64,000 bases of DNA from Eledone cirrhosa (Eukaryota), in the NCBI GenBank assembly GCA_964016885.1, contig OZ024766.1, positions 8,494,001 through 8,558,000 of the forward strand. The letters are read 5' to 3'. Positions 37,201-49,361 of this stretch are shown in pieces. The position numbers and the translations under genes are program-made. Under the pieces are notes generated by a model. That model saw only the letters and a list, made by a program, of their open reading frames with translations, did not search any database and was not told the origin of the DNA. Every line of letters begins with the position of its first letter. The first letter of the stretch is position 1.

Positions 37201-39070
37201 AATCTGTCCACCAGTAGAGATACTATAAACATTTAGTACAAAACAACACTATGACTACATCACATTAAATATTAAAGTCTTTACTGTAATACAGTATATT
37301 TTCACAACAATCTCTCCACCAGTAAAGATACTATAAACATTTAGTACAAAACAACACTATGACTACATCACATTATATATTAAAGTCTTTACTGTAATAC
37401 TGTAAATGTTCACAACAATCTGTCTACCAGTAAAGATACTATAAACATTTAGTACAAAACAACACTATGACTACATCACATTAAATATTAAAGTCTTTAC
37501 TGTAATACTGTAAATTGTCACAACAATCTGTCCACCAGTAAAGATACTATAAACATTTAGTACAAAACAACACTATGACTACATCACATTAAATATTAAA
37601 GTCTTTACTGTAATACTGTAAATTCTCACAACAATCTGTCCACCAGTAAAGATACTATAAACATTTAGTACAAAACAACACTATGACTACATCACATTAT
37701 ATATTAAAGTCTTTACTGTAATACTGTAAATTTTCACAACAATCTGTCCACCAGTAAAGATACTATAAACATTTAGTACAAAACAACACTATGACTACAT
37801 CACATTAAATATTAAAGTCTTTACTGTAATACTGTAAATATTCACAACAATCTGTCCACCAGTAAAGATACTATAAACATTTAGTACAAAACAACACTAT
37901 GACTACATCACATTAAATATTAAAGTCTTTACTGTAATACTGTAAATATTCACAACAATCTGTCTACCAGTAAAGATACTATAAACATTTAGTACAAAAC
38001 AACACTATGACTACATCACATTAAATATTAAAGTCTTTACTGTAATACTGTAAATATTCACAACAATCTGTCCCCCAGTAAAGATACTATAAACATTTAG
38101 TACAAAACAACACTATGACTACATCACATTAAATATTAAAGTCTTTACTGTAATACTGTAAATATTCACAACAATCTGTCCACCAGTAAAGATACTATAA
38201 ACATTTAGTACAAAACAACACTATGACTACATCACATTAAATATTAAAGTCTTTACTGTAATACTGTAAATATTCACAACAATCTGTCCACCAGTAAAGA
38301 TACTATAAACATTTAGTACAAAACATCACTATGACTACATCACATTATATATTAAAGTCTTTACTGTAATACTGTAAATGTTCACAACAATCTGTCTACC
38401 AGTAAAGATACTATAAACATTTAGTACAAAACAACACTATGACTACATCACATTAAATATTAAAGTCTTTACTGTAATACTGTAAATATTCACAACAATC
38501 TGTCCACCAGTAAAGATACTATAAACATTTAGTACAAAACAACACTATGACTACATCACATTAAATATTAAAGTCTTTACTGTAATACTGTAAATATTCA
38601 CAACAATCTGTCCACCAGTAAAGATACTATAAACATTTAGTACAAAACATCACTATGACTACATCACATTATATATTAAAGTCTTTACTGTAATACTGTA
38701 AATGTTCACAACAATCTGTCTACCAGTAAAGATACTATAAACATTTAGTACAAAACAACACTATGACTACATCACATTAAATATTAAAGTCTTTACTGTA
38801 ATACTGTAAATATTCACAACAATCTGTCCACCAGTAAAGATACTATAAACATTTAGTACAAAACAACACTATGACTACATCACATTATATATTAAAGTCT
38901 TTACTGTAATACTGTAAATATTCACAACAATCTGTCCACCAGTAAAGATACTATAAACATTTAGTACAAAACAACACTATGACTACATCACATTATATAT
39001 TAAAGTCTTTACTGTAATACTGTAAATTAACATAACAATCTGTCCACCAGTAAAGATACTATAAACATTT
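34213..39070. repeat. 108-bp AT-rich satellite, about 45 copies
   Basis: Unit tacaaaacaacactatgactacatcacattaaatattaaagtc...ataaacatttag. Confidence 0.95.
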
Positions 39071-39220
39071 GAATTAACAAACCTACATTTTCAGTTATTT
39101 CCTGCTAAAACCACGTTGAAAAAATTATGAATTAACAACAACAAAACCAAAACAACAACAACAACAACAACAACAAAATATAAAGATTTAAAAAAACCCC
39201 AAGAAAATGTGTGTGTATAC

Positions 39221-39362
39221 CTTCATTAAAGGTCTCCAAGTGAGATCCAAGAATTGGAATGTATTTGGGAGACCTCCACGATTTGAAATCTGTTTATCTT
39301 CCTCTGGTTCATAATCGGCGTTCTGACTTTTAGGATTTCGTATATCCCAGAAATAGACAAGA
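39221..39362 (-). CDS. DNAI3: DNAI3 exon (LVYFWDIRNPK...PNTFQFLDLTWRPLMK)
   Basis: 142 nt, phase 2/0; matches FWDIR...PSTFLHLDLSWKPL. Confidence 0.94.
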
Positions 39363-39442
39363 CTGCAAGACAGAGGTGTATATATGTATATATATATTAT
39401 CAGGGCAGGACTTATGTATATTATATATATATATATATACAC

Positions 39443-39476
<34 letters not shown>

Positions 39477-39494
39477 ATGTTTATTTAAAAGTCT

Positions 39495-39850
39495 AAAGTC
39501 TGTCTTAAGCGAGAAGGTTCATTTGGCTGGTGTTTATCTGGGTTTCATGGGTGTTAAGTGACTGAGAGTACAAGACTTCCCCCTGGACAGGACACCAGTC
39601 CATCACCGGGTTAAAGTCCGTCTTAGTGTCATTGGTGTTAAGTGATTGAGAGTACAAGACTTCCCCCGAGACAGGACACCAGTCCATCACAGGGTTAAAG
39701 TCTGTCTTAGTTTCATTGGTGTTAAGTGACTGAGAGTATAAGACTTCCCCCGGGACAGGACACCAGTCCATCACAGGGTTAAAGTCTATCTTAGTTTCAT
39801 TGGTGTTAAGTGACTGAGAGTATAAGACTTCCCCCGGGACAGGACACCCT
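39495..39850 (-). repeat. 84-bp tandem repeat (short array of the 44-45 kb family)
   Basis: Same unit and terminus as 43920-45720. Confidence 0.85.
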
Positions 39851-39881
39851 CCCCTATATCCTCAGTAAATATAGGACTTAC

Positions 39882-39955
39882 AGGTCACCACCACAGGTCA
39901 TTAGCTGGTTACACTGGCTCTCCTGGTTTTCCAGAGGTAAACCATATCTGGAGAT
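39882..39955 (-). CDS. DNAI3: DNAI3 exon (ISRYGLPLENQESQCNQLMTCGGD)
   Basis: 74 nt, phase 0/2; matches INRMGSVFENRSGICCQLVTCSAD. Confidence 0.9.
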
Positions 39956-39997
39956 CTAGGGAGATGAAAAAAATAAATTAATATATAATCTATATAT

Positions 39998-40330
39998 GAA
40001 GGCACATGGCTTAGTGGTTAGAGCATTGGGCTTGCAATCGAAAGGTTGTGAGTTCACTTCTCAGACCGGGTGATGTGTTGTTTCCTTGAGCAAGACACTT
40101 TATTTCACATTGCTCCAGTTTACTCAGCTGTAGAAATGAGATGATAGGACTGGGGTCCATATCATTCCACTGTAAAGTGGTTGTGGGGGTGCCACGGCAA
40201 AAAAGCACCCAGCCCACACTGTAAATGAGGTTGGTGTTAGGAAGGGCATCCAGCTGTAGAAATCAAGCCAGAATCAGTTCCCGTCCCACCCTTGCAAGCA
40301 GGGAAAAGTGGACGTAAAATGATGATGATA
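39998..40330 (+). mobile_element. tRNA-SINE
   Basis: Family head, body and tail. Confidence 0.9.
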
Positions 40331-40446
40331 ATGGTGTCTCCACAAAAAAATGTATACACACTTCAACAGAATTCTAATAGATATTGCCTGTAAAGGTAAT
40401 CAGTGTGAATACATTTTTTTTGGACACTCTCTCTCATATATATATA

Positions 40447-40875
40447 TCATCATCATCATCTTTTTTACGTCCGCTTGCAAGGGTGGGACGGGAACCGATT
40501 CTGGCTTAATTTCTACAGCTGGATGCCCTTCCTAACACCAACCTCATTTACAGTGAGTGCTGGGTGCTTTTTTGCCGTGGCACCTCCACGTCCACTTTAC
40601 AGTGAGTGCTGGGTGCGTTTTTGCCGTGGCACCTCCACGACCACTTTACAGTGTGGGCTGGGTGCTTTTTTGCTGTGGCACCTCCACGACCACTTTACAG
40701 TGGAATGATAGGGACCCCAGTCCCTATCATCTCATTTCTACAGCTGAGTAAACTGGAGCAATGTGAAATAAAGTGTCTTGCTCAAGGAAACAACACATTA
40801 CCCGGTCTGAGAATTGAACTCACAACCTTTCGATTGCAAGGCCAATGCTCTAACCACTAAGCCATGTGCCTCCAT
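40447..40875 (-). mobile_element. tRNA-SINE, 3 units
   Basis: Family head, body and tail; inverted relative to the 39998 copy. Confidence 0.9.
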
Positions 40876-40968
40876 ATATATATATATAACAACACCCCAA
40901 CCACCACCACCACCAACAACAACACCACCACCACCACCACCACCAAGCTGTAATATACTGCAACATAC

Positions 40969-41091
40969 CTCAAAGTGATCTGGTAGCCACTGCAAGTCCG
41001 TGACGCAGCTAGTATGTGCGTATTCTATGCTACATGTTGCACAGTTACGCAGCACCGGAGTTTGGAAGTAAGATGGGTCTTCAAATCCAGG
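40969..41091 (-). CDS. DNAI3: DNAI3 exon (PGFEDPSYFQTPVLRNCATCSIEYAHTSCVTDLQWLPDHFE)
   Basis: 123 nt, phase 0/0, AAG acceptor; matches IRHCAVSSIENGHKKVITDIHWL. Confidence 0.92.
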
Positions 41092-41186
41092 CTTGGAGAA
41101 ATTTAAGGAGAGAGAATGATATATATATATATATACATATATATACGATATTAAATAATTGGAAACTATATTTATAAAACCATATT

Positions 41187-41252
41187 TATTTCATTATATA
41201 TATTTCAGGGATATCATACTAAAAATATGGTATGCCTTCTTCAGACAAAATA
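41187..41252 (-). ncRNA. Type-I minimal hammerhead ribozyme motif, intact core
   Basis: tattttgt-CTGAAGA-agg catac..gtatg atatc cct-GAAA-tatata-TA-atgaaata. Confidence 0.7.
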
Positions 41253-41467
41253 CAATATAAACAGTCTTATAAATAGATAGATTTGACATACCTTTCAACT
41301 TCAACTTCCATTTAAAAGGTTGATTTGGTAGTAAATATACTCCAAATACTTATTGAGTGCTTTTATATCAGTTATAAATATTTACTCGTTGTAACCCAAC
41401 AATTTAAATAAAACTTTGCATATATACATATATATATATATTTATTAAAATAACAGATTAAAGTTTA

Positions 41468-41502
<35 letters not shown>

Positions 41503-41559
41503 GCTGCTTTCACCCTTAACGGGACATGCCTACAAAATCAGAAAACAGCACAGCTCCCA

Positions 41560-42215
41560 TGACTTTCAGAAACATTTTTTCACGCTTAGAGTTGCTGAAG
41601 CGGGGAACAAACTACCTGCATCAGTTGTTAGCTGTCGAGACACTGCATTCTTTAAAACCTCCATGGAACAAACTACCTGCATCAGTTGTTAGCTGTCAAG
41701 ACACTGCATCCTTTAAAACCTCCATGGAACAAACGACCTGCATCAGTTGTTAGCTGTCAAGACACTGCATCCTTTAAAACCTCCATGGAACAAACGACCT
41801 GCATCAGTTGTTAGCTGTCGAGACACTGTATCCTTTAAAACCTCCATGGAACAAACTCCCTGCATCAGTTGTTAGCTGCGAGACACTGCATCCTTTAAAA
41901 CCTCCATGGAACAAACTACCTGCATCAGTTGTTAGCTGCCAAGACACTGCTTCCTTTAAAACCTCCATGGAACAAACTACCTGCATCAGTTGTTAGCTGT
42001 CGAGACACTGCATCCTTTAAAACCCTCATGCTTCCCGAAATTCGCCAAAACTACACCTGATGTCCCCCTTCCATACACATGCTCACGTGTATATCATGAC
42101 CCATACACTGTTCATTTTCCTGATGTTTGTACATTACCCTATGTACTATACATACACTTTTGATGAGTTGTAGTGCACCTGAGCACTGTACACAATATCT
42201 TCATTATTATTATAT
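41560..42215 (+). mobile_element. CR1/L2-type LINE 3' end with 61-bp unit amplified about 7x
   Basis: Same element and unit as 24985-26005. Confidence 0.75.
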
Positions 42216-42224
42216 CATTATTGT

Positions 42225-42335
42225 ATAAAATCCACCTCTTCATTGCTGTAGTGGAGTCTGTGCTGCTGTACAGGTCTGAGACTTGGACACTGACCAAGAA
42301 ACTCACTCAGATGGTGGAAGGGTGCTTCACGAGAA
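42225..42335 (+). mobile_element. RTE LINE ORF2 fragment
   Basis: KIHLFIAVVESVLLYRSETWTLTKKL, the SVLLYG(S/C)ETW motif. Confidence 0.7.
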
Positions 42336-42659
42336 GTACTATACATACACCTTTGATGAGTTGTAGTGCACCTGAGCACTGTACACAATATTTTCATTAG
42401 TATTATTATTATATATTTTCTCTAGGGTTCTTATATATTTGATACATATAATCCTTATCGAGCCCTCTTTGGATTTTAGTCTTCACATTTATTATTATTA
42501 TGATTATTTTGAACTCAGACCAGTTACGTCCCTTTATGATCTGAGTTCAAATCCCGCCGAGGTTAACTTTGCCTTTCATCCTTACAGGGGTCGATAAAAT
42601 AAAGTACCAGTAATGTACTGGGTTATTGCTGGCCTTGTGCCAAAATTAGAAACAATTAT

Positions 42660-42733
<74 letters not shown>

Positions 42734-42779
42734 AGATAGGGTGAGAGAGAGAATTAGGGAGATGGTGTTATTACTAATA

Positions 42780-43650
42780 CTACCACCACCACCACCACTA
42801 GCCAGTACCAGTAATACCAGTGGTTCAACCACCACCACCACCACTACCATTACTACCACCACCACCAACACTACTACCACCAACACTACTACCACCACCA
42901 CCACCACCATCACTAGCCAGTACCAGTAATACCAGTGGTACCACCAACACTACTACCATCACTACCACCACCACAAACACTAGCCAGTACCAGTAATACC
43001 AGTGGTACCACCACTACCACCAACACTACTACCATCACTACCACCACCACCAACACTACTACCACCACCACCACTAGCCAGTACCAGTAATACCAGTGGT
43101 ACCACCAACACTACTACCACCACCACCACCACCACCACTAGCCAGTAATACCAGTGGTACCACCACCACCACCACCACCACCACCACCACCACTACCGCC
43201 ACCAGCCAGTACCAGTAATACCAGTGGTACCACAACCACCAACACTACTACCACCACCACCACCACCACCACCACTAGCCAGTACCAGTAATACCAGTGG
43301 TACCACCACTACTACCATCACTACCACCACCACCAACACTACTACCACCACCACCACCACCATCACTAGCCAGTACCAGTAATACCAGTGGTACCACCAA
43401 CACTACTACCATCACTACCACCACCACCAACACTACTACCACCAACACTACTACCACCACCACCACCACCACCATCACTAGCCAGTACCAGCAATACCAG
43501 TGGTACCACCAACACTACTACCATCACCACCACCACCACCACTAGCCAGTAATACCAGTGGTACCACCACCACCACCATCACTACCACCACCACCACTAG
43601 CCAGTACCAGTAATACCAGTGGTACCCCCCCCCCCTACCACCACTAGTAC
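42780..43650. repeat. (ACC/ACT)n-based degenerate minisatellite
   Basis: Recurrent ctagccagtaccagtaataccagtggtacc with ACC runs. Confidence 0.85.
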
Positions 43651-43663
43651 CAGGGATACTCAC

Positions 43664-43834
43664 CAGATAGACGTTCCTCTTCTTCTGTCCAGGTCTCGGC
43701 TGTTTCAGTCTGTTGACATACTCTGTGATGTCCCACAACACCACCTGGCCATTAATACAGCCCCCAGCTATAATATTAGGGTCCGTGGGGTTAAATTGGA
43801 AGCAATATACATCTTCTGGGGCCTCCAACATCAA
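43664..43834 (-). CDS. DNAI3: DNAI3 exon (LMLEAPEDVYCFQFNPTDPNIIAGGCINGQVVLWDI...)
   Basis: 171 nt, phase 0/0; near-identical to the WDR63 DPNIIAGGCINGQIVMWDI motif. Confidence 0.97.
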
Positions 43835-43919
43835 CTGAAAAAGAGAAGAAGTAGAAGAAAAAAAATCCCAGATATACTCATACAAAAGTGGAATATTTTA
43901 AATGTTGAATTTATAGGGT

Positions 43920-45720
43920 CGTAGTAAAGTCTGTCTTAAGCCAGAAGACTCCTTTGGCCGGTGCCTATCCCGGTTTCATGGTGTGAAGTGACTGACTACA
44001 AGACTTCCCCCTGGACAGGACACCAGTCCATCACAGGGTTAAAGTCTGTCTTAGTATCATTGGTGTTAAGTGACTGAGAGTACAAGACTCCCCCCAGGAC
44101 AGGACACCAGTCCATCACAGGGTTAAAGTCTGTCTTAGTTTCATTGGTGTTAAGTGACTGAGAGTACAAGACTTCCCCCTGGACAGGACAGCAGTCCATC
44201 ACAGGGATAAAGTCTGTCTTAGTTTCATTAGTGTTAAGTGACTGAGAGTACAAGACTTCCCCCTGGACAGGACAGCAGTCCATCACAGGGATAAAGTCTG
44301 TCTTAGTTTCATTACTGTTAAGTGACTGAGAGTACAAGACTTCCCCCTGGACAGGACAGCAGTCCATCACAGGGATAAAGTCTGTCTTAGTTTCATTGGT
44401 GTTTAGTGACTGAGAGTACAAGACTTCCCCTGGACAGGACACCAGTCCATTACAGGGTTAAAGTCTGTCTTAGTTTCATTGGTGTTAAGTGACTGAGAGT
44501 ACAAGACTTCCCCCTGGACAGGACACCAGTCCATCATAGGGTTAAAGTCTGTCTTAGTGTCATTGGTGTTAAGTGACTCACAGTACAAGACTTCCCCCTG
44601 GACAGGACACCAGTCCATCACAGGGTTAAAGTCTGTCTTAGTTTCATTGGTGTTAAGTGACTGAGAGTACAAGACTTCCCCCTGGACAGGACAGCAGTCC
44701 ATCACAGGGATAAAGTCTGTCTTAGTTTCATTAGTGTTAAGTGACTGAGAGTACAAGACTTCCCCCTGGACAGGACAGCAGTCCATCACAGGGATAAAGT
44801 CTGTCTTAGTTTCATTGGTGTTTAGTGACTGAGAGTACAAGACTTCCCCTGGACAGGACACCAGTCCATTACAGGGTTAAAGTCTGTCTTAGTTTCATTG
44901 GTGTTAAGTGACTGAGAGTACAAGACTTCCCCCTGGACAGGACACCAGTCCATCATAGGGTTAAAGTCTGTCTTAGTGTCATTGGTGTTAAGTGACTCAC
45001 AGTACAAGACTTCCCCCTGGACAGGACACCAGTCCATCACAGGGTTAAAGTCTGTCTTAGTTTCATTGGTGTTAAGTGACTGACAGTACAAGACTTCCCC
45101 TGGACAGGACACCAGTCCATCACAGGGTTAAAGTCTGTCTTAGTTTCATTGGTGTTAATTGACTGAGAGTACAAGACTTCCCCTGGACAGGACACCAGTC
45201 CATCACAGGGTTAAAGACTGTCTTAGTTTCATTAGTGTTAAGTGACTGAGAGTACAAGACTCCCCCCTGGACAGGACACTAGTCCATCACAGGGTTAAAG
45301 TCTGTCTTAGTGTCATTGGTGTTAAGTGACTGACAGTACAAGACTTCCCCTGGACAGGACACCAGTCCATCACAGGGTTAAAGTCTGTCTTAGTTTCATT
45401 GGTGTTAAGTGACTGACAGTACAAGACTTCCCCCTGGACAGGACACTAGTCCATCACAGGGTTAAAGTCTGTCTTAGTTTCATTGGTATTAAGTGACTGA
45501 GAGTACAAGAATTTCCCCTGGACAGGACACCAGTCCATCACAGGGTTAAAATCTGTCGTAGTTTCATTGGTGTTAAGTAACTGAGAGTACAAGACTTCCT
45601 CCTGGACAGGACACCAGTCTATCACAGGGTTAAAGTCTGTCTTAGTTTCATTAGTTTTAAGTGACTGAGAGTACAAGACTCCCCCCTGGACAGGACACCA
45701 GTCCATCACAGTGTTAAACC
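43920..45720 (-). repeat. 84-bp minisatellite, about 21 copies, V-SINE-like core
   Basis: Minus-strand unit contains ccctgtgatggactggtgtcctgtccaggggg. Confidence 0.9.
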
Positions 45721-45787
45721 CCCAGCTATTCTTGTTTTTCACTCATGCAAAAGTTGAATTCTTTAAGGTTAAATTTATAGTTAAAAC

Positions 45788-46250
45788 CACCCAGTCCACT
45801 CTGTAAAGTGGTCATGTAGGTGTCACGACAAAAAACACCCAGTCCACACTGTAAAGTGGTCATGTGGGTCACAACAAAAATCACCCAGTCCATACTGTAA
45901 AGTGGTCATGTAGGTGTCACAACAAAAAGCACCCAGTCCACACTGTAAAGTGGTCATGTAGGTGACACAACAAAAAGCACCCAGTCCACACTGTAAAATG
46001 GTCATGTAGGTGTCACAACAAAAAGCACCCAGTCCACACTGTAAAGTGGTCATGTAGGTGACACAACAAAAAGCACCCAGTCCACACTGTAAAGTGGTCA
46101 TGTAGGTGTCACAACAAAAAGCACCCAGTCCACACTGTAAAGTGGTAGTGTAGGTGACAAAAAGCACCCAGCACTCACTGTAAATCTGGTTGGTGTTAGG
46201 AAGAGTATCCAGCTGTAGAAACCAAGCCAGAAACAGTTCAGTATGAACAA
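45788..46250 (+). repeat. 48-bp RTE-3'UTR-derived array
   Basis: Same unit as 19828-20935. Confidence 0.85.
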
Positions 46251-46454
46251 GACCGGGTCACCTGATCTGGCTTGTCTCACATCGAGACCATGTCGTGTCA
46301 CCAACAAAACCACTTTACACTTTACAGAGTGGACTGGGTGCTTTTCCTCATGTCACCAGCACAATCACCTTACAAGGTGGACTGGGTGCTTTTCCACTTG
46401 TCACCAGCATGACCACCTAACAGGGTGGACTGACAAAGAAGGATCAATACAGAC

Positions 46455-46579
46455 CTGCGGGTGTATAGGATCTGTGAAGGACCAAATCAATATCAGAGAG
46501 GGTTTCAACAAGATTTTAGATTCCTGGTTGACTCTTTCATCAAAACCAATGTTCTCAGCCATTGCTATTGCAATAACAC
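46455..46579 (-). CDS. DNAI3: DNAI3 exon (VIAIAMAENIGFDERVNQESKILLKPSLILIWSFTDPIHPQ)
   Basis: 125 nt, phase 1/0; matches QPSLILFWSFSDPIHPQ. Confidence 0.95.
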
Positions 46580-46585
46580 CTGTAA

Positions 46586-46624
<39 letters not shown>

Positions 46625-46688
46625 TGCAAGCAGGGAAAAGCGGACGTAAAATGATGATGATGATATATTATATATAATATATACGCAC

Positions 46689-46767
46689 CTCGTATTGTGG
46701 GGTGCCACTGCATATACACTCCTGCCTTCTCTTTGCTGTATTGCAAATCACAAAAAGACTGATACTC
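46689..46767 (-). CDS. DNAI3: DNAI3 exon (EYQSFCDLQYSKEKAGVYMQWHPTIR)
   Basis: 79 nt, phase 0/1; matches EYQSFTDL...WHPTIYG. Confidence 0.95.
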
Positions 46768-46794
46768 CTGGAAAACAACAACAATAATAATAAT

Positions 46795-47430
46795 ACATGT
46801 TTCTACTATAGACACAAGGCCAGCAATTACCCCAGTGTATTACTGGTACTTTATTTTATCAACCCTGTAACAATTGTTTCTACTTTTGGCACAAGGCCAG
46901 CAATTACCCCAGTGTATTACTGGTACTTTATTTTATCAACCCTGTAACAATTGTTTCTACTATAGACACAAGGCCAGCAATTACCCCAGTGTATTACTGG
47001 TACTTTATTTTATCAACCTGTAACAATTGTTTCTACTTTTGGCACAAGGCCAGCAATTACCCCAGTGTATTACTGGTACTTTATTTTATCAACCCTGTAA
47101 CAATTGTTTCTACTTTTGGCACAAGGCCAGCAATTACCCCAGTGTATTACTGGTACTTTATTTTATCAACCCTGTAACAATTGTTTCTACTTTAGGCACA
47201 AGGCCAGCAATTACCCCAGTGTATTACTGGTACTTTATTTTATCAACCCTGTAACAATTGTTTCTACTTTAGGCACAAGGCCAGCAATTACCCCAGTGTA
47301 TTACTGGTACTTTATTTTATCGACCCTGTAAGTTTGAAAGACCAAAGTTAACTTCGACGGGATTGGAACTCAGAACGTAAAGGGACATAACTCTATGCTG
47401 TGAAGCCCGGCGTCCGCCCCGCTACTGATT
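46795..47430 (-). mobile_element. Second-family SINE with 77-bp 3' end repeated about 7x
   Basis: Single head at about 47330-47430 followed by tandem tails. Confidence 0.82.
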
Positions 47431-47624
47431 ACTGTGATAATAATAATACATGTTTCCACTTTTGGCACAAGGCCAGCAATTACCCCAGTGTATTACTGGT
47501 ATTTTATTTTATTGAATGAGATGGTTGGGTCATGTGTTGAGGGAAGGATGAAAGTAACTGTACAGGTAATCAAACTGTGTATATATTTTTGGGGGACACA
47601 CTGTATATATACATGTGAAGAGAA

Positions 47625-48218
47625 ATGGAATGAGATGGTTTGGCATGTGTTGAGGAAGGATGGAAGTGACTGGAATGAGACGGTTTGGTCAGGTGTTGAG
47701 GAAGGATGGAAGTGACTGGAATGAGACGGTTTGGTCAGGTGTTGAGGAAGGATGGAAGTGACTGGAATGAGACGGTTTGGTCAGGTGTTGAGGAAGGATG
47801 GAAGTGACTGGAATGAGACGGTTTGGTCAGGTGTTGAGGAAGGATGGAAGTGACTAGAATGAGATGGTTTGGTCCCGTGTTGGGGAAAGATGGAAGTGAC
47901 TAGAATGAGATGGTTTGGTCACGCGTTGAGGAAGGGTGAAAGTGGCTGGAATGAGACGGTTTGGTCAGGTGTTGGGGAAAGATGGAAGTGACTGGAATGA
48001 GACGGTTTGGTCATGTGTTGGGGAAAGATGGAAGTGACTAGAATGAGACGGTTTGGTCATGTGTTGGGGAAAGATGGAAGTGACTAGAATGAGACGGTTT
48101 GGTCACGCGTTGAGGAAGGGTGAAAGTGGCTGGAATGAGACGGTTTGGTCACGTGTTGAAGAAGGTTGGAAGTGACTAGAATGAGACGGTTTGGTCACGC
48201 GTTGAGGAAGGGGTGAAA
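47625..48218 (+). repeat. 46-bp minisatellite derived from RTE ORF2 sequence
   Basis: Unit agatggtttggtcatgtgttgaggaaggatggaagtgactgg reads RWFGHVLRKDGSDW. Confidence 0.85.
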
Positions 48219-48225
48219 GTCCTAC

Positions 48226-48337
48226 CTTTAGCTGTCCGTCAATGTGTGCAGCATGGATGTCAATCTCTCTACCAAGATGCAACCAGTCATCATAAAACAC
48301 ATCCATTATCTCGTTCTGTTGCAGGACTTCTTCAAAC
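48226..48337 (-). CDS. DNAI3: DNAI3 exon (FEEVLQQNEIMDVFYDDWLHLGREIDIHAAHIDGQLK)
   Basis: 112 nt, phase 2/0; matches ALQQNEIMNTFIDDW. Confidence 0.95.
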
Positions 48338-48889
48338 CTACAAAAACAACAAGAACAACAAAAATAACAAAAACAACAACAACAACAACAACAAAAATAA
48401 CAAAAACAACAACAACAAAAACAACAAAATAATCGTTTCTGATTTAGGCACAAAGCCAGCAATTTAGAAGGAGAGGGGGGGGGGGGAGTTGAATAAATCA
48501 ATCACCCAGTGTATTACTGGTACTTCATTTTATCGACCCTGTAAGGATGAAAAGCAAAGTTAAACTCGACGGGATTTGAACTCAGAACGTAAAGGGACAT
48601 AACTCTATGCTGTGAAGCATGGCGTCCGCCCCGCTACTGATTACTGTGATAATAATAATAATAATACATGTTTCTACTTTAGGCACAAGGCCAGCAATTA
48701 CCCCAGTGTATTACTGGTACTTTATTTTATCGACCCCCGTAAGGATGAAAAGCAAAGTTAACCTCAGCGGGATTTGAACTCAGAACACAGTAAAAGGCCG
48801 TAACTCTATGCCGCAAAGCATGGCGTCCGACCCACTACCAATTCTACTGCCATAATAATAATAATATTAATAATAAATAGAAGAAGAAA

Positions 48890-49357
48890 GAGGGGTCTAT
48901 GTTGCTAAGGGGTGGAGTGGAGGTGGAGTGAGGGGTCTATGTTGCTAAGGGGTGAAGTGGAGGTGGAGTGAGGGGTCTATGTTGCTAAGGGGTGAAGTGG
49001 AGGTGGAGTGAGGGGTCTATGTTGCTAAGGGTGTTACCTACAGTGGAGTTGAGGTGGAGTGGAGGTGGAGTGAGGGGTCTATGTTGCTAAGGGTGTTACC
49101 TACAGTGGAGTTGAGGTGGAGTGGAGGTGGAGTGAGGGGTCTATGTTGCTAAGGGGTGGAGTGGGGGTGGAGTGAAGGGTCTATGTTGCTAAGGGTGCTA
49201 CCTACAGTGGGGTGGAGTTGAGGTGGAGTGGAGGTGGAGTGAGGGGTCTATGTTGCTAAGGGTGTTACCAATAGTGGAGTGGAGTGAGAGGTCTACGTTG
49301 CTAAGGGTGTTACCAATAGTGGAGTGGAGTGAGAGGTCTACGTTGCTAAGGGTCTAC
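48890..49357. repeat. GA/GT-rich tandem repeat containing copies of the adjacent exon-intron junction
   Basis: gaggggtctatgttgctaaggg units; tacctacagtgg copies. Confidence 0.8.
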
Positions 49358-49361
49358 CTAC

